Shown piece after piece: positions 8,814-18,095 of a DNA stretch of 46,595 nucleotides (positions within the stretch are counted from its first letter, which is position 1; every line of letters starts with the position of its first letter). This stretch comes from Fimbriimonadales bacterium (GTDB lineage Bacteria > Armatimonadota > Fimbriimonadia > Fimbriimonadales > JABRVX01): contig BTVI01000025.1 in assembly GCA_045862955.1 (NCBI GenBank), positions 1 to 46,595 on the forward strand, in the 5' to 3' direction. A program made the translations under genes and the position numbers. The notes below the pieces were generated by a model that was not told the DNA's origin, did no database searches, and worked only from the letters and a program-made list of their open reading frames with translations.

Positions 8814-10276
8814 ACCTCTGGGAACTCCCTGCTTACCGACTAGCCGAGCTTTTGCAGGGTCGGGAGGTCTCTGCGAGGGAGGTCGCCGACGCATTCCTGC
8901 AGCGGGCCGAGAGTCTAGACGGCAGGATCGGCGCCTTTACCTATCTCGAGCCAGACGAGGTGCGGAGACAGGCCGCCGAGGCGCAGCGCCGGCTGGATAC
9001 GGGTGAGCGCACTCCCCTTCTGGGTGTCCCTGTGGCCATCAAGGACAACATTTGCGTGAAGGGCGAGCCCACGACTTGCGCCTCGAGGATCCTGAGCGGG
9101 TACCGACCGCCTTACGACGCGACCGTGGTGGAGAAGCTGCGTGCCGCGGGATCGGTTCTGTTCGGCAAGGTGAACTGCGACGAGTTCGCGATGGGTTCCA
9201 GTACCGAGAACTCTGCATGGGGTCCTACGCGCAACCCCTGGGACACAAGCCGCGTGCCGGGCGGGTCCAGTGGCGGTTCCGCCGCCGCGGTGGCCGCTAG
9301 CTTAGTGCCTTCGGCGCTAGGCTCGGACACAGGCGGCTCGGTTCGGCAGCCTGCTGCTATGTGCGGCGTGGTGGGTCTGAAGCCTACCTACGGCCGCGTC
9401 AGCCGTTACGGCCTAGTGGCGTTCAGCAGCTCCTTAGACCAGGTCGGCCCGATCGCGCGCGAGGTGCGGGACGCGGCTCTGCTGTTCGAGACCATCGCGG
9501 GTCACGACGGGCGCGATGCGACAAGCGTGGATGCCGCAGTGTCTCCGACCGAGCTAGACCCCAGCAATGGTCTCCGCGGACGACGGCTAGGCCTGCCACG
9601 CGAGTTCATGGGCGAAGGCGTGGACCCGGAAGTCGCGGAGGTGGTGCGGAGCGCAGTTAGGGTGCTGGAGGATGCAGGAGCTACCGTCGAGGAGACGAGC
9701 GTGCCGAGCGTGCAGTACGGTGTCGAGACCTACTACATCATCGCGCCGGCAGAGGCATCCTCCAACTTGGCGCGGTACGACGGCATCCGCTACGGGCACC
9801 GTGCTGAAGGGGGCATGGGTCATGTCGGCCTCGTCGAGCAGACGCGCGAAGAGGGCTTCGGGGCAGAAGTGAAACGCCGCATTCTATTGGGCACGTATGC
9901 GCTGTCGGCGGGTTACTACGACGCCTACTACCTGAAAGCCCAAAAGGTCCGAACGCGGATGCGACGCGAGTTCGAGGAACGGCTACGAACTTATGATTAC
10001 CTCGTGGGCCCGACCAGCCCCGTCGTGGCGTTCGGGATCGGGGAGTTGCAGGACGACTTACTGGCTATGAAGATGGCCGACATCCTTACCATACCAGCGA
10101 ATCTTGCCGGCCTCGCCGCGATCAGCGTGCCCTGTGGCTTCGCACACGGTCTGCCAGTTGGGCTGCAGTTCATCTCGCGACCGTTCGACGAGGCGGGACT
10201 GCTGCAAGTAGCCTATGTTTATGAGCAGTGGACGACATGGCACCGGCTAAGACCACCGGAGCCCCCAACAGCATGA
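8810..10276 (+). CDS. gatA: Asp/Glu-tRNA amidotransferase subunit A
   Basis: Amidase signature GGSSGGSAAAVA, GSDTGGSVRQPA, YY.KAQKVR; overlaps gatC by ATGA. Confidence 0.96.
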   Translation: MNLWELPAYRLAELLQGREVSAREVADAFLQRAESLDGRIGAFTYLEPDEVRRQAAEAQRRLDTGERTPLLGVPVAIKDNICVKGEPTTCASRILSGYRPPYDATVVEKLRAAGSVLFGKVNCDEFAMGSSTENSAWGPTRNPWDTSRVPGGSSGGSAAAVAASLVPSALGSDTGGSVRQPAAMCGVVGLKPTYGRVSRYGLVAFSSSLDQVGPIAREVRDAALLFETIAGHDGRDATSVDAAVSPTELDPSNGLRGRRLGLPREFMGEGVDPEVAEVVRSAVRVLEDAGATVEETSVPSVQYGVETYYIIAPAEASSNLARYDGIRYGHRAEGGMGHVGLVEQTREEGFGAEVKRRILLGTYALSAGYYDAYYLKAQKVRTRMRREFEERLRTYDYLVGPTSPVVAFGIGELQDDLLAMKMADILTIPANLAGLAAISVPCGFAHGLPVGLQFISRPFDEAGLLQVAYVYEQWTTWHRLRPPEPPTA

Positions 10277-10404
10277 CCACTTCATGCCCCGGCCCGCGTC
10301 CGGCACTTGGCAGCACCGAAGGTATGAATCCAACCCGAGGACCGCGCCGGGGCATGTGGACGACATGGCACCGGCTAAGACCACCGGAGCCTCCAACAGC
10401 ATGA
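10228..10404. repeat. Family A palindrome (10284-10355) flanked by a 49-bp direct duplication (10228-10276 / 10356-10404)
   Basis: GTGGACGACATGGCACCGGCTAAGACCACCGGAGCC(C/T)CCAACAGCATGA occurs twice, 48/49 identical. Confidence 0.92.
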
Positions 10405-11153
10405 GCGAGAGAGAACGGGCAGAGCTGAAATTGTTTCTTCGCACGCTGGGCCGAGCCGGGCCGATTGTCGTCGGGCTCTCGCTTACCCTCTTATCCGCTG
10501 GCTGTCTCTTGCCCATGATGGTGGTGCAGTTGGGAGGTTCTGTCGCGGCGTTGCTCGTCCCTGTCGCGCTCGGCTTCGCAGGCTGGACGCTCAGCGCGCT
10601 GCTCAGCAGGGCAAACTACCGCTTCCAGAACTCTCACTACAAGGTGCTCTGGGACAGAGTCCAAGATCGTGTGCGGCGCTTCGAGCGGGCGTACCGGAAG
10701 AGCCCGCGCGTTTTGAAGGAGACCTTAAGCGAGACCCCCGACTCCGTACACCGCTTGGTAGACGCGATGTACCTCGCCCTGCTCCGTGCCGATGCGGTGC
10801 GCCACATGCTGGAGGGGCTAGAGCCTTGGGACGCACCGGTACGAGGCATGCGCTTCGAGCCGCCTGCGCTGGATGAGCAGGCCAGAACTCTCTACGACCT
10901 CGCACGCAAGAGCCGAAGCGACTACCGCGAGCAGTATCAGAAGATGCTTGCGGGTGTCGAGCGCACCGAAGCACAGGTGGACCTGCTCGTCAGCTCCTTG
11001 GACAATCTCCGACTGCGCCTTCTGGACCACCGTGTCACTGGTTCCAAGGTCGAAATGCCCTCGGACGAGCTGATCGAGAGCCTGCAGCGACACCAGTCGG
11101 AGCTGACCGCTCTGGAGAAGGCCGTGGACGAGGTGGACCTGCTCACTCGGTAA
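10401..11153 (+). CDS. Hypothetical membrane protein (two N-terminal TM helices, helical/coiled-coil C-terminus)
   Basis: Hydrophobic N-terminus and heptad-rich C-terminus; the ORF-track extension to 10284 reads through the repeat. Confidence 0.7.
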   Translation: MSERERAELKLFLRTLGRAGPIVVGLSLTLLSAGCLLPMMVVQLGGSVAALLVPVALGFAGWTLSALLSRANYRFQNSHYKVLWDRVQDRVRRFERAYRKSPRVLKETLSETPDSVHRLVDAMYLALLRADAVRHMLEGLEPWDAPVRGMRFEPPALDEQARTLYDLARKSRSDYREQYQKMLAGVERTEAQVDLLVSSLDNLRLRLLDHRVTGSKVEMPSDELIESLQRHQSELTALEKAVDEVDLLTR

Positions 11154-11212
11154 AGCCGGGTCTCTCGATAGCCCATAAGTAGATTAGAGAGCCATCGAGG
11201 AGAGACGCCCGA

Positions 11213-12289
11213 ATGTCCGAGTCCATCGTCGCGCCCTTCGTGAGCGTGGTGCTTCCTGCGCGCAATGAAGAGCGGTTCATCGAGCCTTGTCTGCGGTCTT
11301 TGCTGTCCTCCGACTACCCCTCGGAGCGGATGGAGATCATCGTGGTGGACGGCGCCAGCGAAGATCGCACCGCGGAGATCGTGTCGGACCTGGCAGCCGA
11401 GGACGGGCGCATACGGCTGCTCGAGAACCCCAACAGAACCGTTCCGTATGCGATGAACCTGGGCATTCGGGCCGCACGAGGAGACATCATCGTGCGGGTG
11501 GACGCCCACGCTACGTACCCTCCGGACTACGTTGCCCGCTCGGTCCAGACGTTACAGAAGACAGGGGCGTGGAATGTCGGTGGGGTGTGGGTGACGCAAC
11601 CCGGCGGCCCAAGTGCGTGGGCGAGGGCGATTTCGCTGGCACTTACTCATGGCTTCGGTGTGGGTGGTTCGGCGTACCGGACCGGATCGAAGTCGGGCTG
11701 GGTGGACACAGTACCCTTCGGGGCCTTCCGGCGCGAAGCGTTCGAGCGCGCGGGGCTGTATCGAGAGTGCCTCACACGCCACCAAGACTATGAACTGAAC
11801 GCGCGCATCCGCTCTTCGGGGGGCGGCATCTATCTGGACCCCGAAATACGGTGCGAGTACTTCGCTCGGCCCTCGCTGTCGGCGCTTGCGCGGCAGAAGT
11901 ACGCTGATGGCAAGTGGTGCGTGTACTCGTGGCTGGTGTGTCCCGAGGCGTACGCATTTCGGCACGCTGCACCTGGGATCGTGGTCGCGGTCGTCGCGCT
12001 GCTTGCCGCGGGCTCGGCGCTATCCCCGGTGCCTCTGGGGGCCCTCGCCATGCTTGCGGCCCTCTATTCGCTGGGCTCCGCAAACGCCGCAGTCGAACTA
12101 TTGGCGACCAGCAGGCGATGGGAGGCGCTTCTGACACCCCTCGTGTTCCCGATCCTGCACTTCGGCCACGGTATCGGGGTGATAGCGGGCCTACTTAGCA
12201 GCAGAAGGTGGGGTGCGGTTGGGGCTGCCTCGCGGCCCGCGCCGCGTCTGGCTGCCCGGGCGGCTGCCATCGAGGAGGTTGCCGCCTAA
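11213..12289 (+). CDS. Glycosyltransferase family 2 (ExoA-like)
   Basis: VSVVLPARNEE, VVDGASED, RVDAH, VDTVPFG.F, QDYELN.R; C-terminal TM helices. Confidence 0.9.
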   Translation: MSESIVAPFVSVVLPARNEERFIEPCLRSLLSSDYPSERMEIIVVDGASEDRTAEIVSDLAAEDGRIRLLENPNRTVPYAMNLGIRAARGDIIVRVDAHATYPPDYVARSVQTLQKTGAWNVGGVWVTQPGGPSAWARAISLALTHGFGVGGSAYRTGSKSGWVDTVPFGAFRREAFERAGLYRECLTRHQDYELNARIRSSGGGIYLDPEIRCEYFARPSLSALARQKYADGKWCVYSWLVCPEAYAFRHAAPGIVVAVVALLAAGSALSPVPLGALAMLAALYSLGSANAAVELLATSRRWEALLTPLVFPILHFGHGIGVIAGLLSSRRWGAVGAASRPAPRLAARAAAIEEVAA

Positions 12290-12319
12290 CAGGCGGCGCT
12301 TGCCCGGTATGAGGACGCT

Positions 12320-12427
12320 ATTCAGGCCCCGGCCCACGTCCGCCCCTTGGCATTCATGCCCTGGCCCGCGTCCGCCACGCGGCAGCACCGAGCGCATGAG
12401 GCCAGCCCAAGGACCGCGCCGGGGCAT
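12320..12427. repeat. Partial (12320-12352) plus full (12356-12427) family A palindrome
   Basis: ATGCCCTGGCCCGCGTCC...GGACCGCGCCGGGGCAT, preceded by a truncated left-arm copy. Confidence 0.85.
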
Positions 12428-12517
12428 AGGCGCACCGGAAGCAATTCAGGAATTCCCCTGCTCCAAGCCGTCTGAGTCCTCACACCGACTCGCCCCCTTG
12501 GGAAGGGAGACGGGGGA

Positions 12518-13219
12518 ATGAGGGCGATGTCCTACTCGGTACTCAAGCGGCTCATAGACTTGGGTGTGGCGGCGCTGGGGCTACCCCTACTCGCGGTGCT
12601 GGTGCCGCTGGTGGCGGTCGCCGTGAAGTTGGACTCGCCCGGGCCGGTGTTCTACAGCCACGTGCGGTGTGGCAAGGCTGGGCGGCGGTTCCGAATGCTG
12701 AAGTTTCGCACTATGCAGACGAACGCCGACCGGATCGGGGCTGCCGTGACCACGGCCGACGATCCACGAGTTACGCGCGTCGGCCGGTTGCTCCGGAAGA
12801 GCAAGCTAGACGAGCTGCCGCAGATCTGGAACGTGCTACTGGGCGACATGAGCCTGGTCGGGCCGAGGCCGCAGTCGCCGCACTACATCCGCCACAACTA
12901 CCCGGACGAACAGCGGCGGGTCATTCTGAGCATCCGGCCCGGCATCACCGGCCCTACGCAGATATGGTGTCGTAACGAAGAGGAGGTGCTCGCTGCGTCC
13001 TCCGACCCCGATGCATTCTACAAACACGTGTTATTGCCGAAGAAGATTGCTTCCGATGTAGCCTATGCTCGACGTCCGAACCTGCTTACGGACCTCCGCT
13101 GCCTCCTACTTACGCTACTCATCTGCTTGCCGCTTCGCCCTCTGAAGGGCTATTCGGCCACAGCGGCCGACGTCGCCGACCTAGAGATGGCCGAACCGTC
13201 CGCGGTACCGATCCAGTAG
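12518..13219 (+). CDS. Sugar transferase (undecaprenyl-phosphate phosphoglycosyltransferase, Bac_transf family)
   Basis: KR.ID, F.M.KFRTM, DPRVTRVG..LRK..LDELPQ.WNVL.GDMSLVGPRP, RPGITG. Confidence 0.93.
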   Translation: MRAMSYSVLKRLIDLGVAALGLPLLAVLVPLVAVAVKLDSPGPVFYSHVRCGKAGRRFRMLKFRTMQTNADRIGAAVTTADDPRVTRVGRLLRKSKLDELPQIWNVLLGDMSLVGPRPQSPHYIRHNYPDEQRRVILSIRPGITGPTQIWCRNEEEVLAASSDPDAFYKHVLLPKKIASDVAYARRPNLLTDLRCLLLTLLICLPLRPLKGYSATAADVADLEMAEPSAVPIQ

Positions 13220-13915
13220 CCTGCGGTTCCACTCGTCACCTCCCTCCTCGTTCGCCGAGCGGAACACTGGTGGCTCCAAACCTTTGGCGATCAGCACCTC
13301 CCACGCCGCGGCAAATATCGAGTGCAGGATGGCGATGCCGACAGCGGAGGAAAGCGGGCAGCAACGCACCGTCATGCCCTGCAGACTCACACACGCATCA
13401 CCTGGCGGAACACAGTTGTCTATCACCAAGTCTACGACGTCCAGCAACCGGGCCCCCATGGCGCTGCGCGGTGCGAGGGTCCTCGCCCACTCCGCACTCA
13501 GGATGCCCACGGTTCTCGCCCCACGGCGCTTGCCCTCCTGTGCCACTTCCACGGGTGCTGGGTTGCGGCCCGACACAGAGTGCACGACGAGAACGTCACC
13601 AGCATGTACGGGCACCGCCGCCATCCGCTCCGCTGCATAACCGTCACGTCGTTCGTTCTCGGTGGTGAGGGTGATCGGCTTGTCCGTAGTCAGTAGCCCC
13701 GGCAAGTGAATGGGCCCCGCGCACGCCGGACCACCCGCCCGATAGAAGCTCTCGTCCGCCATGATGCCCGCATGTCCCGAACCGAACACCCACACGAGAT
13801 GATCCTGCTCGACCGCCTCCGCCACCCAATCGCCAGCGGTGCGGATCGCCTGCGCACTCCGGCGCTCGATCTCACCCAGAGCTCTCCGCAACTCCTCGAA
13901 GTAAGGCAAAGGCAT
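13181..13915 (-). CDS. SIS-domain sugar isomerase-like protein (SIS_2 / UPF0309-like)
   Basis: VFGSGH, FYRAGG, SVSGRN, IDN..P.GD, PPVFRSAN..GGD. Confidence 0.88.
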   Translation of the reverse strand: MPLPYFEELRRALGEIERRSAQAIRTAGDWVAEAVEQDHLVWVFGSGHAGIMADESFYRAGGPACAGPIHLPGLLTTDKPITLTTENERRDGYAAERMAAVPVHAGDVLVVHSVSGRNPAPVEVAQEGKRRGARTVGILSAEWARTLAPRSAMGARLLDVVDLVIDNCVPPGDACVSLQGMTVRCCPLSSAVGIAILHSIFAAAWEVLIAKGLEPPVFRSANEEGGDEWNRRLLDRYRGRFGHL

Positions 13916-13916
13916 G

Positions 13917-14660
13917 CTAGAACCCACGCTCCGTTACTCGCTTCCTTTCCTCGGCATAGAGCGCAGGGCCGTTCGGCAGATTGATGCTCGGGTAGACGGT
14001 GGGGTCACTACCCTGCTGTACCATCCGCTCGCACACTTCGGCCACCAGCGCCCACATGCACAACACCGCACCCAGCCCCGAGAAAGGACAGCAAGGATGC
14101 CGAAGTCCCTCCATGCTTAGCATGGCATCGCCGAAGGGCGCCCCGTTGTCCAGGGCTAGCGCAGTCACCTCGCGCAGCCGCTTGCCGCTGGGGTGCCTCG
14201 GCTCCAACCGGTCGCTATACTCGAACGAGGTCAGCGCGACGGTCACCACCTGCATCGCGCCCGCCTGCAGCGCCAGTTCCACGACCACCGGCGAGACGCC
14301 CGACACCGACCCGAGGATCAACACATCTCCGGCTCGCAGGTTGCTCTGCCCCAGGGCCGCTCGCACCAGGTCCCCAGTCGCGGGCTTATCGCCTCGCAAG
14401 TCCGCCTCGCTGCCTCGGGCCGGATGGGGATTGTCCACAGTGAGCGTGAAAGCCAGTGGAACGAAGGCCGCGAGCCCACCCGCTCGGTTGATCAGTTCGC
14501 GCGAGACGAGGTGGCCCGTGTCGTACACGTGCACCGCGCCTCCTGCGAGCAACGAGCGAACGCACGCATCGGCTACCTTCTGGATTCCCTCGGAAGACTT
14601 GGCACGCAACGACGCGACACGCTGCATCACCGTGTCGAAGTAGATATCCAGTGCGCTCAC
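13917..14660 (-). CDS. Second SIS-domain sugar isomerase-like protein (paralog)
   Basis: DTGH, RAGGL, SVSG, DNG.P.GDA, P.V..S.N; GTG start overlaps the upstream stop (GTGA). Confidence 0.85.
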   Translation of the reverse strand: MSALDIYFDTVMQRVASLRAKSSEGIQKVADACVRSLLAGGAVHVYDTGHLVSRELINRAGGLAAFVPLAFTLTVDNPHPARGSEADLRGDKPATGDLVRAALGQSNLRAGDVLILGSVSGVSPVVVELALQAGAMQVVTVALTSFEYSDRLEPRHPSGKRLREVTALALDNGAPFGDAMLSMEGLRHPCCPFSGLGAVLCMWALVAEVCERMVQQGSDPTVYPSINLPNGPALYAEERKRVTERGF

Positions 14661-15574
14661 TGCTTCCTCCAATCCACCATCGTCCTGATCGCCAAACCGT
14701 GCGCCGGCGAGCGCTGTTCGGAGACGAACCGCGCAAGCCCATACCTAACCCGCACCAACTCTCGAAACGTCTCGCGGAGTAGCTCGCCAGCCTTCCACAC
14801 ACCGCCGCTCATCGCGAAGGTCAAGGGCTCGCTCTTGTCGTACAGCTTCGCCGCTGCCGCCACCGCCACGGCTGCCAGGTCGGCCGCGGCTCGAGAGAAC
14901 AACCCTGCGATCACCGGGTCGCTCTGTTCTGCGGAGAGCCGCTCGCAAAGCGCCGCGATCCGTGCCCTGGGCACCCCATCGCGATACGCCAGCCGAACCA
15001 GGTCCCACAAGTTGCTCACGCCGAAGTGCTCCTTCACTGCCCGCTCCAGAGGCTCGCTTTTCGGCCCGGCGCCATCGTGCGAGCGTGTGGCTGCCCGCAG
15101 CGCATTCACGGCGATGTCCCATCCGCTTCCCTCGTCTCCCAGCAACGAGCCCCAACCGCCTGCACTTACGTGGCGACCGCCCCGGTAGGCGACTGCGCTG
15201 CTGCCGGTGCCGGCAACCACCGCGACCCCCTCGTCTTCATACAAGCCACACGCTGCCAGCGCAGCCTGGTGCTCGGCATACCGGACGATGTGCCCGCACC
15301 GTCCCGAGAGACCCTCACCCGCCGCTTGCGATCCGGGGGTTTCCTCGAAGAACCCACCTGCCACCGCCACACCCGCAGCGACGCACGGGCCGACGGACGC
15401 AAACGCCTGAGCCACGGCCTCCCGAACTGCGGCACTGGCTTCCGACTCCATCACGAAGTTGGTGTTACACGGCCCAGCGCGCCCCACACCAACCGCCTCG
15501 CCGAGTGCGTCGCACACGACGCACTCGGTTACCGACCCGCCCCCAACTAATCCGGCGAACAACTCCTCACTCAT
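14657..15574 (-). CDS. BadF/BadG/BcrA/BcrD ATPase family sugar kinase (GlcNAc/MurNAc kinase-like)
   Basis: GGGS.T.C, G.AGP.N, VVAGTGS, GGWG.LLGDEGSG, SGGV. Confidence 0.85.
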   Translation of the reverse strand: MSEELFAGLVGGGSVTECVVCDALGEAVGVGRAGPCNTNFVMESEASAAVREAVAQAFASVGPCVAAGVAVAGGFFEETPGSQAAGEGLSGRCGHIVRYAEHQAALAACGLYEDEGVAVVAGTGSSAVAYRGGRHVSAGGWGSLLGDEGSGWDIAVNALRAATRSHDGAGPKSEPLERAVKEHFGVSNLWDLVRLAYRDGVPRARIAALCERLSAEQSDPVIAGLFSRAAADLAAVAVAAAAKLYDKSEPLTFAMSGGVWKAGELLRETFRELVRVRYGLARFVSEQRSPAHGLAIRTMVDWRKQ

Positions 15575-18095
15575 TGCTCGACAGATCTCGGACCGTGAAC
15601 AACGCTCCCTCAGGGAGTGACCGCACGCCTGCCTTTACGGCCTGCACGTTCAATCCCAACGTCCGGCGCAAATCCAGTCTGTTGCCGCTCCTTCCCCGGG
15701 GCCGCCCCAGACTCAGCACCAACTTGTCCCTGGCCCGAGTCATGGCAACATACAGCAGACGCCACTCCTCCTCCTTTTCACGCGCACGCTGTCTGCGTTC
15801 CATCTCGCGGAACATGGCACTCGGGTCATCGTCAAGGTTCACTGCGAGCAGCCTCGCGGCAGGCTCCACTAAGGCTCGAGTGGTCTGGCCTCCGGGCAGA
15901 CTCCCCGCGTCCGCAACCACTACGACTGGGAATTCCAGACCCTTGGCCGCGTGAATGGTCATCAGACTCACGGCGTCCACCCCTTCGTCATGAATCGGGG
16001 CGTCCCCCTCCCGGTGGGCTATGCGCTCCATCCTGTCGAGCCGGCGCACGAACGACGCGATGCTCTCATCCCTTGCCGCGAATGCCAAGCTCTGCAGTTT
16101 TCGCACGTTCGCCAACTGCCTCACTCCGTCGGGTCTGCAGAGGAGCTTCGGCCGGTACTGCGTGCGAGTAAGCAGCTCTTCCATCACAGCCCCAGCCTCG
16201 CGTCGATCTACATAGCGACTGAGCAGATCGAACCATTCGAGCAGCCTCTCGACTTTCTTCCTGTCCTCCTGCGGGAGATTCACGGACCCGTCGGTTAGCC
16301 GCTCGAACACGGATGAGCCCTTCCTATCTGCGCATAAGAGAGTCAGGGCATCCAGTGAGAGGCCTACCATCGGCGACCGGAGCAAGCATGCCAGCGCGAA
16401 GTCGTCGTGCGGGTTAGCCAGTGCGGCCAGGCCGTTCCGCACGTCGCGCACCTCCTGTTGCGCCCAGTACCTCCGCCCCGCACCGACGATCACCGCCCGC
16501 ACGCCGGCCCGTATCAACGCATCCCTGTAGGCGGCTATCGGCGACGTGACACGGAATAGCACCGCAACGTCGCACGCTTTCACTGGTTTGCGGTCCGGCC
16601 CATCACCCACCATCTCGCCCGACGCCAGCAGTCGTCGAACGCCTCTCGCCACCACCTCCGCATCCCGCAAGTCCTCCCGTCCACCGGTCCATATCTCGAC
16701 CTCGCAGGCCGCGCTCTCGTCGCTGGAGCGTCTAGCCTGCAGGCGGCCGAAGTCCACGCCGCACCCTCGCCGCATCGTCTCCGACACGAAACGCAGGATG
16801 CCTGGCCTGGAACGGAAGCTGTCGGTCAGGGGAATGTGCAACGCTAGAGGGGCCAGCCGCTGCGTCTGCGCCGCCCACTCCGAAAACTGTCGCACGTCTC
16901 CATGCCGGAACCCGTAGATGGCCTGCCGCGGGTCGCCCACGAAGCACACGTTCTCCACTTCGGCAAGGCCTCGGATCAACCGCGCCTGCAGGGGGTTCAC
17001 GTCCTGGAACTCGTCCACGAGGATCTGCCGAAAGCGCGATCGGTATCGCTCTCGCACCGGTTCACAGGTCTCCAAGAGTCGCACCGATAGCGATTCGAGG
17101 TCGGAGAAGTCGAGTGCCGCGGCCCGCCTCTTGGCCTCGTCATACGTCTGCCATGTCCGCAACGTCAGTCGTAGCACCGCAGCGGACCGTCGAGCGGCAA
17201 CCTCCTCCCGCTCCGGGATCACATCAGCCAGCGACTTGCCGAGCGCCGAGGCTACTCGCCGAAGCTCGTTGTGGCGCGGCTTGTCGGCTGCGGGCACATC
17301 GCGAGGCTGCACTGCCAACACCTGTTCGAGGAACTTCTCGAGCGCCTGTCGTGAATCCACTGCCTCCAAGGAGGCGGGAAGCAAGGCGGTCAGTTGCCGA
17401 AGTTTCTCTCCCTCCGCGTTCTGCAGATCCTCGCGCATTCGGTTCAGTGGCGTCTCTGCCACTAACCGGATAGCCAGCAGAGCCGCGTCGCCTGCGGTCG
17501 CTTCCGCCTGCTGCACCCACGCCTCTACCTCCTCCGGCGTGAGCCCATAGGAGCGGATGCGGTCGAGCAAGTCGTGCACTTGGCGCCTCAGCACTTCGAA
17601 AGGCTCTCCAGCGCTGCGCCAGTCCTGGAGAGTGCTGCCGTGGCGTAGCAGGTCCCCGAGTGGGTCGAAGCCACCAAGGGAGGTAGCGCAGGCGGCGCGA
17701 AACGCTCGCTCCGACTCCCGCGCAGCATCCGTAGAGTCCAGCACGGTGAATCGCGGGTCGACTCCAGCGTCGAAGGGATTCTCGCGAAGGAGCCGCTCGC
17801 AGAACCCGTGAATGGTGTGGATGTAGCCGGCCTCTACCTCACGGCGAATGGTGCCGAGCCCGACCTCTGCCAAGCGGTCCAGAATCCTTCGCTTCATCTC
17901 CTGAGCGGCCTTACGCGTGAACGTGATGGCCAGAATGGCCGACGGATGAAGTCCACGCTCTCGAAGGAGGTGAAGGTAGCGCTCCACGATCACCGCGGTC
18001 TTGCCCGTGCCCGCACCCGCTTCCACGCACACCAGGCCGCTCGGTCGTGTCACGGCGAGCGATTGCGGCTCGGTGAGCGCGACGTGCTTAGCCAC
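15567..18095 (-). CDS. addA: UvrD/AddA-type SF1A helicase lacking a C-terminal nuclease domain
   Basis: AGAGTGKT, ITFT.KAA.EM, TIH.FC, VDEFQD, VGDP.QAIYGFR, MTIHAAKGLEF, LLYVAMTRA; GTG after GGAGG overlapping the addB stop. Confidence 0.85.
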   Translation of the reverse strand: MAKHVALTEPQSLAVTRPSGLVCVEAGAGTGKTAVIVERYLHLLRERGLHPSAILAITFTRKAAQEMKRRILDRLAEVGLGTIRREVEAGYIHTIHGFCERLLRENPFDAGVDPRFTVLDSTDAARESERAFRAACATSLGGFDPLGDLLRHGSTLQDWRSAGEPFEVLRRQVHDLLDRIRSYGLTPEEVEAWVQQAEATAGDAALLAIRLVAETPLNRMREDLQNAEGEKLRQLTALLPASLEAVDSRQALEKFLEQVLAVQPRDVPAADKPRHNELRRVASALGKSLADVIPEREEVAARRSAAVLRLTLRTWQTYDEAKRRAAALDFSDLESLSVRLLETCEPVRERYRSRFRQILVDEFQDVNPLQARLIRGLAEVENVCFVGDPRQAIYGFRHGDVRQFSEWAAQTQRLAPLALHIPLTDSFRSRPGILRFVSETMRRGCGVDFGRLQARRSSDESAACEVEIWTGGREDLRDAEVVARGVRRLLASGEMVGDGPDRKPVKACDVAVLFRVTSPIAAYRDALIRAGVRAVIVGAGRRYWAQQEVRDVRNGLAALANPHDDFALACLLRSPMVGLSLDALTLLCADRKGSSVFERLTDGSVNLPQEDRKKVERLLEWFDLLSRYVDRREAGAVMEELLTRTQYRPKLLCRPDGVRQLANVRKLQSLAFAARDESIASFVRRLDRMERIAHREGDAPIHDEGVDAVSLMTIHAAKGLEFPVVVVADAGSLPGGQTTRALVEPAARLLAVNLDDDPSAMFREMERRQRAREKEEEWRLLYVAMTRARDKLVLSLGRPRGRSGNRLDLRRTLGLNVQAVKAGVRSLPEGALFTVRDLSSNE

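Noticed and set aside
10277..11153. gatB after gatA
   Set aside because: Protein is short and membrane-anchored with no GatB motifs; split gatCA/gatB is common
12449..12475. ECF promoter GGAATT-N16-TCTGA
   Set aside because: Single weak match with no supporting evidence
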